DNA from: Candidatus Dormiibacterota bacterium
Lineage (GTDB): Bacteria > Chloroflexota > Dormibacteria > Dormibacterales > Dormibacteraceae
DNA: 45,159 bases
Assembly (NCBI GenBank): GCA_035653475.1
Contig: DASRBU010000137.1
Span: 1 to 45,159 of the forward strand
Reading direction: 5' to 3'
A program made the translations under genes and the position numbers. This document shows positions 9,853 to 18,856 of the stretch, in pieces. Every line of letters starts with the position of its first letter. Within the stretch, counting starts at the first letter, position 1. The notes beneath the pieces are model-generated. The model was not told the DNA's origin. It did no database searches and saw only the letters and a list, made by a program, of their open reading frames with translations.

Positions 9853-10719
9853 TCAGCCGGACTCTCCAGTCAGCGGAGCACCAGCCCAGTCACCCTGGAC
9901 CCGCTCCACGACGAAGCCTGCGCGAGTCAGCGACGCGGTGAACTCGTGTTCCGTGCGGTATCGCCAGACGCTCGGTGACCAGAGCCTCTCCCTGCCATCC
10001 GCCAAGTCCGTCCCACGTCCGGCGCCGGCAGCACCGACACGAACCCCCTCACCGACCGGTTCGACGACCATGCCATCCCATGTACCTCGGCGCTCCCATG
10101 GCAGGGCCGTGGGGTTCCAGCTACCGAAGGCGAGGCGGCCGCCGGGCCGAAGACAAGTATGCAAGGCCCTGATCGAGTTGTCCCATGCCTCGTCGGTGTT
10201 GTGAGCCGACGGAATATTGCCGAGCATCACGGCCAAGTCCACGTCGGCAGTGGTCAGGGCGCTTGCGTCGCCCCAGATCCACTCGACAGCGTCGGCCCCA
10301 TCACGTTCACGCGCCAGATCCAGCATTGCCTTAGCCGGATCGATGGCGATTATGCGGCGGCTTCCCTTGGCAAGGGCAACCGCCAGTTGGCCGGTTCCGC
10401 AGCCGAAGTCCACGATGGTGCGGGCGTCGAGGTCCGTCGCGAGGGCCACCATGAAGTCGATGTCGTCGCGCTCCTCCTCGCCGAAGTGGTAGGCACGAGC
10501 GAGGGTGGGGTCGAGGTAGTCGAGATCGGCCGGCAGCTTCCAATGATCGAAGGCGATGGTCAGGACCACCTCATCATCCGCCCGATCCAATTTCACGTCG
10601 CGCACCGCATCGCCCACCTGGATGGTCGCCAGGTACTCCGAGGCGCGGGCGAGCAAGGCCGACATTTCGCTCGGGGATCCTCGTATACACCATCGGCTGT
10701 CTATGTCCAAGACGCGCAT
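9853..10719 (-). CDS. Class I SAM-dependent methyltransferase, C-terminus clipped by IS21
   Basis: VDFGCGTG, IDPAKAML, LRPGGRLAF. The last codons and stop (GESG*) lie inside the IS end. Confidence 0.85.
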   Translation of the reverse strand: MRVLDIDSRWCIRGSPSEMSALLARASEYLATIQVGDAVRDVKLDRADDEVVLTIAFDHWKLPADLDYLDPTLARAYHFGEEERDDIDFMVALATDLDARTIVDFGCGTGQLAVALAKGSRRIIAIDPAKAMLDLARERDGADAVEWIWGDASALTTADVDLAVMLGNIPSAHNTDEAWDNSIRALHTCLRPGGRLAFGSWNPTALPWERRGTWDGMVVEPVGEGVRVGAAGAGRGTDLADGRERLWSPSVWRYRTEHEFTASLTRAGFVVERVQGDWAGAPLTGESG

Positions 10720-11003
10720 CGTGGCCGTCTCTCCCAGGGTGCGCAATCGATTTGTCTTACGCATGCTCTTGGCCGAGCTGGACGGTACTGAGGCCGCATG
10801 TCCCTGAAACGAGTCGAGCTCGGCAGCCTAAGCCGCGGGCGCAAGGACGAATCGGGCGCTCCATTGCGACGCCATCTCGGAGACGCGATCGCGCGCCTCA
10901 GCCAGGTCGGGGTCGGTCTCGTCACCTCCTTCCGAACCCCGAGCGCCTTTGCCCTGCCCTCGTTACCGGCCGAGCGGTGATCGTGCAATGCGGCCCGCAC
11001 CCT

Positions 11004-11558
11004 TCACGGGAAGGCACCCCCCTCCATCCCCCGATCGAGGATGGTGGCCACGGTCTCGAGGGGCGTCTGGTCGGACGTGTCCAGCCATAGACCTAGGGCG
11101 GGGGTCTCACGGCGGAAGGCGGCATCCCACTCCACGACCACCGAGGCCTCCCCTGGCGGATATGCATTCTTAGACCTCTGTTGCTCGCGGGCCAGGATGA
11201 CCTCGGGGCGCGGAGCTAGGACCACTACTATCCGCGGTCGGGACCGGATAGCCGACACGTAGTCGACCAGCACCGGGCCGACGATTACGTCCTGGACGAC
11301 CACTGCGAACCCGGCATCGTGATAGGCGTCCGCCGTGGCGGCCCCCAGTTGGCACCTGAGCCGGTATTGCCTCCAGGCCTCCTCGGACGGGGCGGCCGAC
11401 ATCGGTACCCCGCCGCTGACGATCATCCGACGGTAGACGTCGCCTTTTACATGAACCCCGCGTTCGAAATGCCTCGCCAGCAGATCCCCGACGGTGGACT
11501 TGCCGGAGGCCGAGAGTCCAGTGATGAGCACCGCGGGGCGCACGTCTAGCAGAGACAC
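11004..11558 (-). CDS. P-loop kinase / AAA family phosphotransferase
   Basis: ITGLSASGKST Walker A and LWLDTSDQTP.ETV. TATGGT -10 lies 6 nt before the GTG. Confidence 0.88.
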   Translation of the reverse strand: MSLLDVRPAVLITGLSASGKSTVGDLLARHFERGVHVKGDVYRRMIVSGGVPMSAAPSEEAWRQYRLRCQLGAATADAYHDAGFAVVVQDVIVGPVLVDYVSAIRSRPRIVVVLAPRPEVILAREQQRSKNAYPPGEASVVVEWDAAFRRETPALGLWLDTSDQTPLETVATILDRGMEGGAFP

Positions 11559-11729
11559 GACCCCACCATAGAGACCGCTGGCGATGAGGTCGGCGTCGCG
11601 GTGGCTTGAGGGTCATTCCATGGGGGCCGTCGGCATCGACGACAGCATCTCCCCGAAGATAATTCGAACCCCTGGGCCCGAGTATCCCCTACGAAGTATC
11701 GCCTCACCCGGCCGAGGGCGCGCCCAAGA

Positions 11730-11960
11730 AGTCGCTGCACTGGGATCGCCGATCACCCAGTTGACAGCGTGGCGGGTTGTCGAGGGCGACCCGTTGGCGC
11801 GTGATGACCACTTGCTCCAGCCCCTTGGCGTATATGCCTGGCGGACGCACTCCTGGGAGCCCCGGACTTGCCTTGGTGGGCACGGGCCTCGTTCCGCTGA
11901 ACCGCCACGTCCAGGTCGGGCACCAGGACGGCCACCGTGGGCTGCAAGGAGTGAGCGTCG
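11730..11960 (-). pseudogene. Possible frameshifted C-terminal remnant of a P-loop kinase
   Basis: LQPTVAVLVPDLDVAVQRNEAR, then other frames give ECVRQAY and VALDN. Weak resemblance only. Confidence 0.3.
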
Positions 11961-12042
11961 ATGTTCAGGCAAATCCGACACATCTCTGATACATCGACTC
12001 ACAGGACAGGGCCACGCCGCTGACCAAGGGCCCAGGTCGGAG

Positions 12043-12057
12043 GGGTCGGGGAGGGGG
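12043..12057 (-). repeat. 15-bp copy of the tRNA-Pro 3' end (possible att scar)
   Basis: GGGTCGGGGAGGGGG at 12043-12057 is identical to 12072-12086. Confidence 0.6.
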
Positions 12058-12074
12058 CTGCCGACAGCACAGGG

Positions 12075-12146
12075 TCGGGGAGGGGGGATTCGAACCCCCG
12101 ACCGCCTGCCCCCAAAGCAGGTGCGCTACCACTGCGCTACTCCCCG
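12075..12146 (-). tRNA. tRNA-Pro (anticodon TGG), CCA not encoded
   Basis: CGGGGAG acceptor stem, D arm GCGC-AGTGGTA-GCGC, anticodon arm CCTGC-TTTGGGG-GCAGG, T arm GGGGG-TTCGAAT-CCCCC. Confidence 0.97.
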
Positions 12147-12170
12147 GTGCAGCTCAGATTATGGCCGAGG

Positions 12171-13133
12171 TCAGCGCAGGGACGCGAAGACGTTCAGCGC
12201 CTCGACGGTCCGCCCGGTCATCTCGTCCCCACCGGTGTGCCCGGTGTCGACCACGATCAGTTCGGAGCCGGGCCAGGCGGAGGCCAGCTCCCAGGCGGTG
12301 TCGAGCGGGCTGCCGAGGTCCGAGCGCCCGTGGATGAGGGCGGCCGGGATGCCGGCCAGCCGATGCGCCTGCCGGAGCAGCTGGTCCTCCTCCAGCCAGG
12401 CCCGGTGGTGGAAGTAGTGGGTCACGATCCTGGCGAAGGTGATCCGGAACGCCGGGTCCTGGTAGCGGGGATGGGGCTTGCCATCCGGCAGCGGTGACAC
12501 GGCGTCCTCCCAGGCGCACCAGTCGAGGGCGGCCCGGTGGCGGCGATCGAGATCGGGCTGCTCGTTGAGCAGGTGGTGGTAGGCGGCGACCAGATCCCCG
12601 CCCCGGCGCTCGGCGGGGACGCCCTGGCGGAAGCTCTGCCACGCCTCCGGGAAGAACCGGCCCACCGAGTGGTACAGCCAGTGCACCTCGGCGGGCCTGG
12701 TCATGGCCACCGACGAGAGCACCATCGCCACCACGTGCTCGGGATGGCGCTCGGCGTAGGCGAGGCCGAGGGTGACGCCCCAAGAGTGCCCGCGGATGAC
12801 CCAGCGGTCGATAGCCAGGTGGCGGCGGAGGGCCTCCAGGTCTTCCAGCAGGTGCTCGGTGGTGTTGGTGCCCAGGTCGGTGGCCGCGCCGACCCTCGGG
12901 ATGCTTCGGCCGCACCCGCGCTGGTCGAAGCCGATGACCCGGTAGCGGGCTGGATCGAACAGCCGGCGGGCGCCGCTGGAGCTCCCCGATCCGGGTCCAC
13001 CGTGCAGCACGACGGCCGGCATGCCGTCAGGGTTCCCGCTGGACTCCCAGTAGAGGTGGTGCCCGTCGCCGACATCGAGCATCCCCCCGTCGTGGGGCTC
13101 GATGGCGGGGAACAGGCCGGGCACCCGCCTCAC
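12171..13133 (-). CDS. pip: Prolyl aminopeptidase (proline iminopeptidase)
   Basis: LHGGPGSG, FDQRGCGRS, GHSWG nucleophile elbow, IHGRSD. True start may be GTG 13124. Confidence 0.93.
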   Translation of the reverse strand: MRRVPGLFPAIEPHDGGMLDVGDGHHLYWESSGNPDGMPAVVLHGGPGSGSSSGARRLFDPARYRVIGFDQRGCGRSIPRVGAATDLGTNTTEHLLEDLEALRRHLAIDRWVIRGHSWGVTLGLAYAERHPEHVVAMVLSSVAMTRPAEVHWLYHSVGRFFPEAWQSFRQGVPAERRGGDLVAAYHHLLNEQPDLDRRHRAALDWCAWEDAVSPLPDGKPHPRYQDPAFRITFARIVTHYFHHRAWLEEDQLLRQAHRLAGIPAALIHGRSDLGSPLDTAWELASAWPGSELIVVDTGHTGGDEMTGRTVEALNVFASLR

Positions 13134-13180
13134 TGTGCCAGCCCGACGGCCCCAGATGGGGCCCGGTAGCCTCCCGGCTC

Positions 13181-14734
13181 ATGTCGGGGGAGGGCTGGCG
13201 GCCCGAGGTGGAGGAGCTCAAGCGGCGGGAGGAGCTGGCCCGGCGGATGGGCGGCCCCGACAAGATCGAGCGTCAGCACGCCGGGGGGAAGCTGACCGTG
13301 CGGGAACGCATCGACGCCCTCCTCGACCCCGGCAGCTTCCATGAGATCGGGGCCCTGGCCGGGCGGGCGACCTATGAGGGGACCACCCTGGCCGACTTCA
13401 TGCCGGCCAACTTCGTGATGGGCCGGGGCCGGATCGAGGGGCGCCCGGTGGTGGTCGGCGGCGACGACTTCACCGTGCGGGGCGGGGCGGCCGACGCGTC
13501 GATCTTCCAGAAGCAGGTGATGGCCGAACAGATGGCCAACCAGCTGCGGATCCCGATCGTGCGGCTCATCGACGGCACCGGCGGGGGCGGTTCCGTGCGC
13601 TCGCTCGACACCATGGGCCGCACCTACGTGCCGGCCAACCCCGGGTGGAACTGGGTGGTGGACAACCTGGCCACCGTTCCGGTCGTGTCGCTGGCCCTGG
13701 GCTCGGTGGCGGGACTGGGCGCGGCCCGGGTGGTGTCGAGCCATTACTCGGTGATGGTCAAGGGGACGGCCCAGGTCTTCGTCGCCGGCCCTCCGGTGGT
13801 GGCCCGTCTGGGGGAAGAGGTCGACAAGGAGGGACTCGGCGGCAGCCACATCCACGCCCGCAACGGGGCGGTCGACGACGAGGTGGACACCGAGAAGGAA
13901 GCCTTCGACCGGGCCCGGCGCTTCCTCTCCTACCTGCCGCCTTCGGTCGACCAGGTGGCGGAGCGGGCGAACCCGTCCGACTCGCCCGAGCGCCGCGAGG
14001 AGTGGCTGGTCGAGGCCATCCCCCGCAACCGGCGCCAGGCCTACAAGGTCCGACCGGTCATCGAGGCGCTCTTCGATGCCGGCTCCTTCCTCGAGATCGG
14101 CCGGCTGTGGGGACGCTCGGCTGTCACCGGCCTGGCCCGCCTCGACGGCTGGCCGGTCGGGGTGCTGGCCAGCGACCCCTACCAGTACGGGGGCGGCTGG
14201 ACCGCTTCGGCGTCGGAGAAGGTCACCCGCTTCGTCGATCTCGCCGACACCTTCCACCTGCCGGTGGTGCACCTGGTGGACCAGCCCGGCTTCCTGATCG
14301 GCACCCAGGCGGAGAAGGCCGCCACCATCCGCTACGGGGCCCGCGCCCTCGCCGCCGTGTACCAGGCCCAGGTCCCCTGGTGCTCTGTCATCCTGCGACG
14401 GGTGTTCGGGGTGGCCGGTGCCGCCCACCAGAACGCCAGCCGTCTGTCCTACCGCTACGCCTGGCCGTCGGGGGACTGGGGTTCGTTGCCGCTCGAGGGT
14501 GGCATCGAGGCCGCCTTCCGGGCCGACCTCGAGGCGGCCGAGGATCCGGAGGCCCTGCGGGCCGACATCGAGGCCCGCATGAACCTGGTCCGCTCGCCGT
14601 TCCGCACCGCCGAGGCGTTCGTGATCGAACAGATAATCGATCCCCGCGACACCCGGCCGCTGCTGTGCGAGTTCGCCAACCTGGTGGCCCCCCTGCGTCG
14701 AAGCGGCCGGACGGCCCGAGCCCTGCGCCCCTGA
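13181..14734 (+). CDS. Acyl-CoA carboxylase carboxyltransferase subunit
   Basis: GKLTVRERIDALLDPGSF, DDFTVRGG, VDQPGFLIG, IIDPRDTR. Confidence 0.95.
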   Translation: MSGEGWRPEVEELKRREELARRMGGPDKIERQHAGGKLTVRERIDALLDPGSFHEIGALAGRATYEGTTLADFMPANFVMGRGRIEGRPVVVGGDDFTVRGGAADASIFQKQVMAEQMANQLRIPIVRLIDGTGGGGSVRSLDTMGRTYVPANPGWNWVVDNLATVPVVSLALGSVAGLGAARVVSSHYSVMVKGTAQVFVAGPPVVARLGEEVDKEGLGGSHIHARNGAVDDEVDTEKEAFDRARRFLSYLPPSVDQVAERANPSDSPERREEWLVEAIPRNRRQAYKVRPVIEALFDAGSFLEIGRLWGRSAVTGLARLDGWPVGVLASDPYQYGGGWTASASEKVTRFVDLADTFHLPVVHLVDQPGFLIGTQAEKAATIRYGARALAAVYQAQVPWCSVILRRVFGVAGAAHQNASRLSYRYAWPSGDWGSLPLEGGIEAAFRADLEAAEDPEALRADIEARMNLVRSPFRTAEAFVIEQIIDPRDTRPLLCEFANLVAPLRRSGRTARALRP

Positions 14735-14744
14735 GCGAGGGCGC

Positions 14745-15512
14745 TCAGGCCCGGGTCCACAGGGAACTGGACGTGTAGCGGCGCAGGCCCAGCGAGAACA
14801 CGGTGGCGGCGCCGGTGGCGAAGAGCGCCGCCACGCCGGCCAGGGTCGCCACTCCGGACAGGTCGAGATGGTCGACCAGTCGGGCCGGCACGGCCGCCAC
14901 GAAGGCGGCGGGGATGGCGGTGTAGAGGAGAACCTTGGTGGCGCCCGAGAAGATGTCGACCGGGTAGGAGGCCAGCAGGATGATGGCCTGGAAACCGAGG
15001 TCGCCGGCCTCGCCCCGGCGGGTGAAGAAGGTGATGGAGCCGACCAGGACCAGGAAGCTGGCCAGGACCACCGCCCCGGCGGCCGAACCAAGGAGGTACA
15101 CCAGCGCCCGGCCGGGGGTGGGGTGGCAGGCGATGACGAACAGTCCCAGGCCGAATAGGCCGTCGCCGAAGTTGACCGCCTCCACCCTGCGGACAAGCAG
15201 GTAGGCCAGCGGTCGGACGGGCAGGGCCAGGGCGGCGTCGATGCCGCCGTCGGTGGCGAGCTGGCCAATCCGCCTGGCGTTGGAGAGCAGCCCGAGCACC
15301 ACCCCTCCGCCGGTGGTGAGAATGGCCAGGAGCAGCAGCACCCGGGACCGGTCCCATCCTCTGACCACCCCGACCTTGGCGAAGAACAGCGACCAGAAGA
15401 TCACCCAGACGACGTCGTTTAGGGCCATCGCCGCCAGCTGGGTCCAAAAGGCACGTCGGTTGGCGCGTGCCTCGAGCACGGCCGCCCGGAAGGTCGCCAG
15501 GACCGCCGTCAT
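14745..15512 (-). CDS. ABC-2 family permease
   Basis: Hydrophobic, with G.ID..L..PV and YPVDIF motifs. The ATG overlaps the upstream stop (ATGA). Confidence 0.88.
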   Translation of the reverse strand: MTAVLATFRAAVLEARANRRAFWTQLAAMALNDVVWVIFWSLFFAKVGVVRGWDRSRVLLLLAILTTGGGVVLGLLSNARRIGQLATDGGIDAALALPVRPLAYLLVRRVEAVNFGDGLFGLGLFVIACHPTPGRALVYLLGSAAGAVVLASFLVLVGSITFFTRRGEAGDLGFQAIILLASYPVDIFSGATKVLLYTAIPAAFVAAVPARLVDHLDLSGVATLAGVAALFATGAATVFSLGLRRYTSSSLWTRA

Positions 15513-16291
15513 CCGCCCACCACCTGAAGCCGGCGCTCGCCGGCGCTGAACACGGCCACAGCGGCGGTGACGAGGACGAGGAACCAGAAGCCCTGCAGTG
15601 CCAGCAGCTGCGCCTCGACGTGCCCGGAGGCCAGGCGGGCGGGGGCGTAGGCCATGGCGACGAAGGGGAGCCAGGCGGCCAGGGTGTGCAGCCAGCCGGG
15701 CAGCAGCTGGAGAGGCAGGAGCATTGCCCCGAGCAGGAACACGAGCTTCTGGTAGAGGAACCAGGTCGAGCGGGCATCCCGGATCCAGAAGGCCGCCCCG
15801 GCGAAGGCGTGCTGGGCGACCAGGTTGCAGGCCACCGCCAGCACGAGGGACGGCAGGGCGAGCAGCAGACCGGCGGCAGCGGGGACCGGCCCGCCGGTGA
15901 GCACGGCCAGCGCTACGCCGATGGCCGTGCACCCGGCCAGGCGCGGCAGACTCCGGCCCAGCTCGGTGGCCACCCGCACCCCGAGGACCGATGCCGGTCT
16001 GAGCAGATCGACCGCCACCGCTCCGCTGGCGATGTCGTCACCGGTGAGCTCGATCTGTCGGGGGTTGAGGGCGGTGACGGCCGCCTCGGAGAAATAGAGG
16101 TACCAGGTCAGCTGAGCCCCGCTGTAGCCACCGATGCTCCCCCCGTGGGCGTTGGCGGCGGTGCGCCACAGGGTGGAGATGACGGTGGCGACCACGGCGT
16201 AGAAGCCGAAGGCCACCGTCAAGGCGGCGCGGTCGCGGCTCATCCTGCGGGCCGCCGAGGCCACGGCGACGGGCAGCCAGCGCCGGGTCAT
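15509..16291 (-). CDS. ABC-2 family permease
   Basis: DIASGAVAVDLLRP, LLPLQLLPGW, LPF..MAYAP, LQVVGG end. Confidence 0.9.
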   Translation of the reverse strand: MTRRWLPVAVASAARRMSRDRAALTVAFGFYAVVATVISTLWRTAANAHGGSIGGYSGAQLTWYLYFSEAAVTALNPRQIELTGDDIASGAVAVDLLRPASVLGVRVATELGRSLPRLAGCTAIGVALAVLTGGPVPAAAGLLLALPSLVLAVACNLVAQHAFAGAAFWIRDARSTWFLYQKLVFLLGAMLLPLQLLPGWLHTLAAWLPFVAMAYAPARLASGHVEAQLLALQGFWFLVLVTAAVAVFSAGERRLQVVGG

Positions 16292-17259
16292 GTGCGGGGC
16301 CTGGCGTAGATCTCGGCGATGACCTCCTCGAGCGGCGGGTCGGTGACGGTGACGTCGGTGACGTCCAGATCGAGCAGCAGGGCGTCCAGCACCTCGCGCA
16401 CCGGTCGCACGGCGGTGTCCACGACCAGGCGCAGCGTCGTGGCGGTGTGCTCGGCCACGGCCACCCCGGCCATGCCGGCGAAGTCGGTCGGGCCGGCGAG
16501 GGTCAACTCGACCAGCTTGGTGGCCAACAGGCTCCGACGCATCGCTGACACGTCGTCGTCGTAGATGACCACGCCGTGGTTGATCACGATGGCGCGCTGG
16601 GCCACGTGCTCGATGTCGGCGACGTCGTGGGAGGTCAGGAAGATGGTCGTCCCCTGCTCCTGGTTGAGCCGGACCAGCAGTTCGCGGAAGCGCTGCTTGG
16701 CCAGCAGGTCGAGGCCGATAGTCGGCTCGTCCAGGAACATGACGGCCGGCTGGTGAAGGAGACAGGCGGCCAGCTCGCAGCGCATGCGCTGACCCAGGGA
16801 CAGCGAACGGACCGGCTGGTCGAAGAGGTCCTCCGCCTCCAGCAGGTCGCCGAGCTGCCCAACCCGGCTGCGCAGATCGGAGCGTTCGAGACCGTAGATG
16901 GCGCCCAACATGCGGAAGGTCTCCCGCGGCGTCAGCTCGAACCAGAGCTGGGAGCGCTGCCCGAACAGGGTGCCAATCCGGCGGGTGAGCTCGCGGCGCT
17001 GGCGCCAGGGCACCATGCCCATGACCGTGGCGGCGCCGGCGCTGGGGTGCAGGATGCCGGTCAGCATCTTGATCGAAGTTGACTTACCGGCCCCGTTCGG
17101 GCCGATGTAGGCGATCCGCTCGGCTGGGGATACCTCGAAGGAGATCTGCCTGACCGCCTCGACGAGCTGTCGCCGCCCCCGCCTACCCGTCTCGAAAGAC
17201 TTGGTGAGCTGCCGGGCGGCGATGATCGGTCGGCCGTCGCTGCCGCTCAGGGCGCTCAT
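16288..17259 (-). CDS. ABC transporter ATP-binding protein
   Basis: GPNGAGKS, LSLGQRMR, FLDEPTIGLD, LTSHD. Start set at MSALSG (CACCAT -10 upstream). Confidence 0.94.
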   Translation of the reverse strand: MSALSGSDGRPIIAARQLTKSFETGRRGRRQLVEAVRQISFEVSPAERIAYIGPNGAGKSTSIKMLTGILHPSAGAATVMGMVPWRQRRELTRRIGTLFGQRSQLWFELTPRETFRMLGAIYGLERSDLRSRVGQLGDLLEAEDLFDQPVRSLSLGQRMRCELAACLLHQPAVMFLDEPTIGLDLLAKQRFRELLVRLNQEQGTTIFLTSHDVADIEHVAQRAIVINHGVVIYDDDVSAMRRSLLATKLVELTLAGPTDFAGMAGVAVAEHTATTLRLVVDTAVRPVREVLDALLLDLDVTDVTVTDPPLEEVIAEIYARPRT

Positions 17260-17328
17260 CCGCCCATGGTGCCGTCGCTCGTCGCGGCCGGCGTGGGATT
17301 TTCGCCCCGCCGACAACGACCGGATGGC

Positions 17329-17586
17329 TCAGGTGTCGCGGGCGAGGACGTCGGCCGCCGCCCGCATCTGGCGGGCGAGATGCTTGCGGGCCTCGGCCTT
17401 GGAGGATTGGCGCATCTCCTCCTTGGCTTCGCGGATCGCCGTGCGCAGACCCTGGATGGCCTCGTGAGCCTCGGCGGTGGCGGTCTTGACCGCCTGCCGC
17501 TCGGCGGAGAGCTGGGTGAGCAGGCTGCTCAGCTCCTCGCGGGCCTTGTCGGCTCGGGCAACGGTGTCCTCCAGCGGTTCAACCAT
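17329..17586 (-). CDS. Small coiled-coil hypothetical protein
   Basis: Helical, A/E/K/R-rich 85 aa. TAGCCT -10 lies 6 nt before the ATG. Confidence 0.7.
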   Translation of the reverse strand: MVEPLEDTVARADKAREELSSLLTQLSAERQAVKTATAEAHEAIQGLRTAIREAKEEMRQSSKAEARKHLARQMRAAADVLARDT

Positions 17587-17687
17587 GGCCGAAGGCTACG
17601 CCGCCGCGGCCGTCGGCTTCCCTTCCCCGGTCGCCTGCCGGCGGTGGGGAGGGCCGAGCTCCGGCCCGGCGGTGGCAGGCTGGGGGC

Positions 17688-18683
17688 ATGGATGGCTCCA
17701 ACCCCGAGACGTGTGCCGAGTGCGGCTTCGACTCGGCCGCTTGGCGCGTCCGCGACGCCGGCACCCTCTTCGGCGCCCTGGGCTACTGGTGGAGGCTGGC
17801 CACCGCCGGGGTGGAGGCGGCCGATCTCAACCGCCGCCCGGTCCCGGAAGTCTGGTCGGCCCTCGAGTACGGCCTGCACACGGCGATGGTCACCGCCATG
17901 ATCCGGGCGGGTGTCGAGCTGGTGCTCGACTGCCCCGGCACTGTCCTTCCGGAACCTCCGCCGATGCCTGGGGCCCACGATGCCGACCCCCTCGAGCTGG
18001 AGCCGGGCGAGGTGCTAGGGCTGCTGGAGGCGGAGGGGGCCGACATGGCGAGGGTGACCGGCCGGCGCCACGCCCCCTGGCAGGCGAGCGGAACCCTGCC
18101 GGACGGGACCGTCATACAGGCCGAGGCGGTGTTGTTCCATGCCGCCCACGACGTCAGCCACCACTTCCTGGACCTGAGCCGCGGGCTGTCCACCCTCGGG
18201 CTGGGCACACCACCGGGCCGGGGGAGCGTGGTCCAGGTCAGCGTCTCCGCCGGCGGGGTGCCCAAGCTGCCGGTGCCGGAGGCGGCCATCGGTCCGAACG
18301 GTCTGGCGGGGGATCGCCAGGCCGACAGGAAGCACCATGGCCGGCCGTTCCAGGCCGTCTGCCTCTGGTCCCAGGAGGCGGTGGACCGGCTGTCCGCCGC
18401 CGGCCACCCGCTGACGGCCGGCCGTGCCGGGGAGAACGTCACCGTCGCCGGGCTGGACTGGGCGAGCCTGCGGCCGGGCAGCCGGGTGGCCGTCGGGTCC
18501 GCCCTGCTCGAGTTGTCCTATCCGGCCACTCCCTGCCACAAGCAGGCCCGGTGGTTCTCCGACGGGGACTTCACCCGCATCGACCACGGCATCAACCCGC
18601 AGTGGGCCCGGTGGTACGGATGGGTTCGTCGGCCGGGCACGGTCAGGCCGGGCGACCAGGTGGTCCTGCAGCCGGCCGAGTGA
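17688..18683 (+). CDS. DinB-like + MOSC domain fusion protein
   Basis: N-terminal CAECGFD, WSALEY..H and HDVSHH (DinB-like). C-terminal S.GGVPKLPV, HHG.PFQAVCL, GENVTV and TPCHKQ (MOSC). Confidence 0.88.
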   Translation: MDGSNPETCAECGFDSAAWRVRDAGTLFGALGYWWRLATAGVEAADLNRRPVPEVWSALEYGLHTAMVTAMIRAGVELVLDCPGTVLPEPPPMPGAHDADPLELEPGEVLGLLEAEGADMARVTGRRHAPWQASGTLPDGTVIQAEAVLFHAAHDVSHHFLDLSRGLSTLGLGTPPGRGSVVQVSVSAGGVPKLPVPEAAIGPNGLAGDRQADRKHHGRPFQAVCLWSQEAVDRLSAAGHPLTAGRAGENVTVAGLDWASLRPGSRVAVGSALLELSYPATPCHKQARWFSDGDFTRIDHGINPQWARWYGWVRRPGTVRPGDQVVLQPAE

Positions 18684-18788
18684 CCGCGGCCGGTCCGCGT
18701 GCAGGACCCATCGGCGTGCACGACCAGCTGTGGTGTCGCCTGGAGCGTTGCCGGGGCGGCGCGGCTCGGAGGAGATGCTCGCCCCCCT

Positions 18789-18794
18789 TAGGAT
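18789..18794 (+). promoter_or_regulatory. Candidate -10 box (TAGGAT) upstream of the mau-like operon
   Basis: TANNNT hexamer ~60 nt before the TTG start. RBS AAGGAG at 18847-18852. Confidence 0.3.
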
Positions 18795-18856
18795 TGGCCA
18801 GGGCTGGCGGCCCGCTCGGGGGCGCCACCACTGCCGCCGGGGAGCGAAGGAGCGAA

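Larger units (their letters stand above)
7157..9868 (-). mobile_element. Complete IS21-family element (~2.7 kb)
   Basis: Imperfect terminal IRs TGGAGATTCCAGTGAATTCGGCCAC and TGGAGAGTCCGGCTGAAATCGGCCAC, multiple ~22-23-bp GGCCAC/TTCCGG repeats at both ends, and istA plus istB inside. Confidence 0.93.

Noticed and set aside
10798-10980. 60-aa plus-strand ORF
   Set aside because: It is short, with no recognisable motif or clear initiation signal.
18690-18850. Riboswitch or ncRNA upstream of the mauD-like gene
   Set aside because: Only generic GC-rich pairing is present, with no recognisable aptamer consensus.
17477-18856. 5' two-thirds of the 723-aa ORF 17477-19648
   Set aside because: It is an Arg/Gly/Pro-rich shadow frame over the DinB-MOSC gene. 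The real gene starts at TTG 18857 after AAGGAG.
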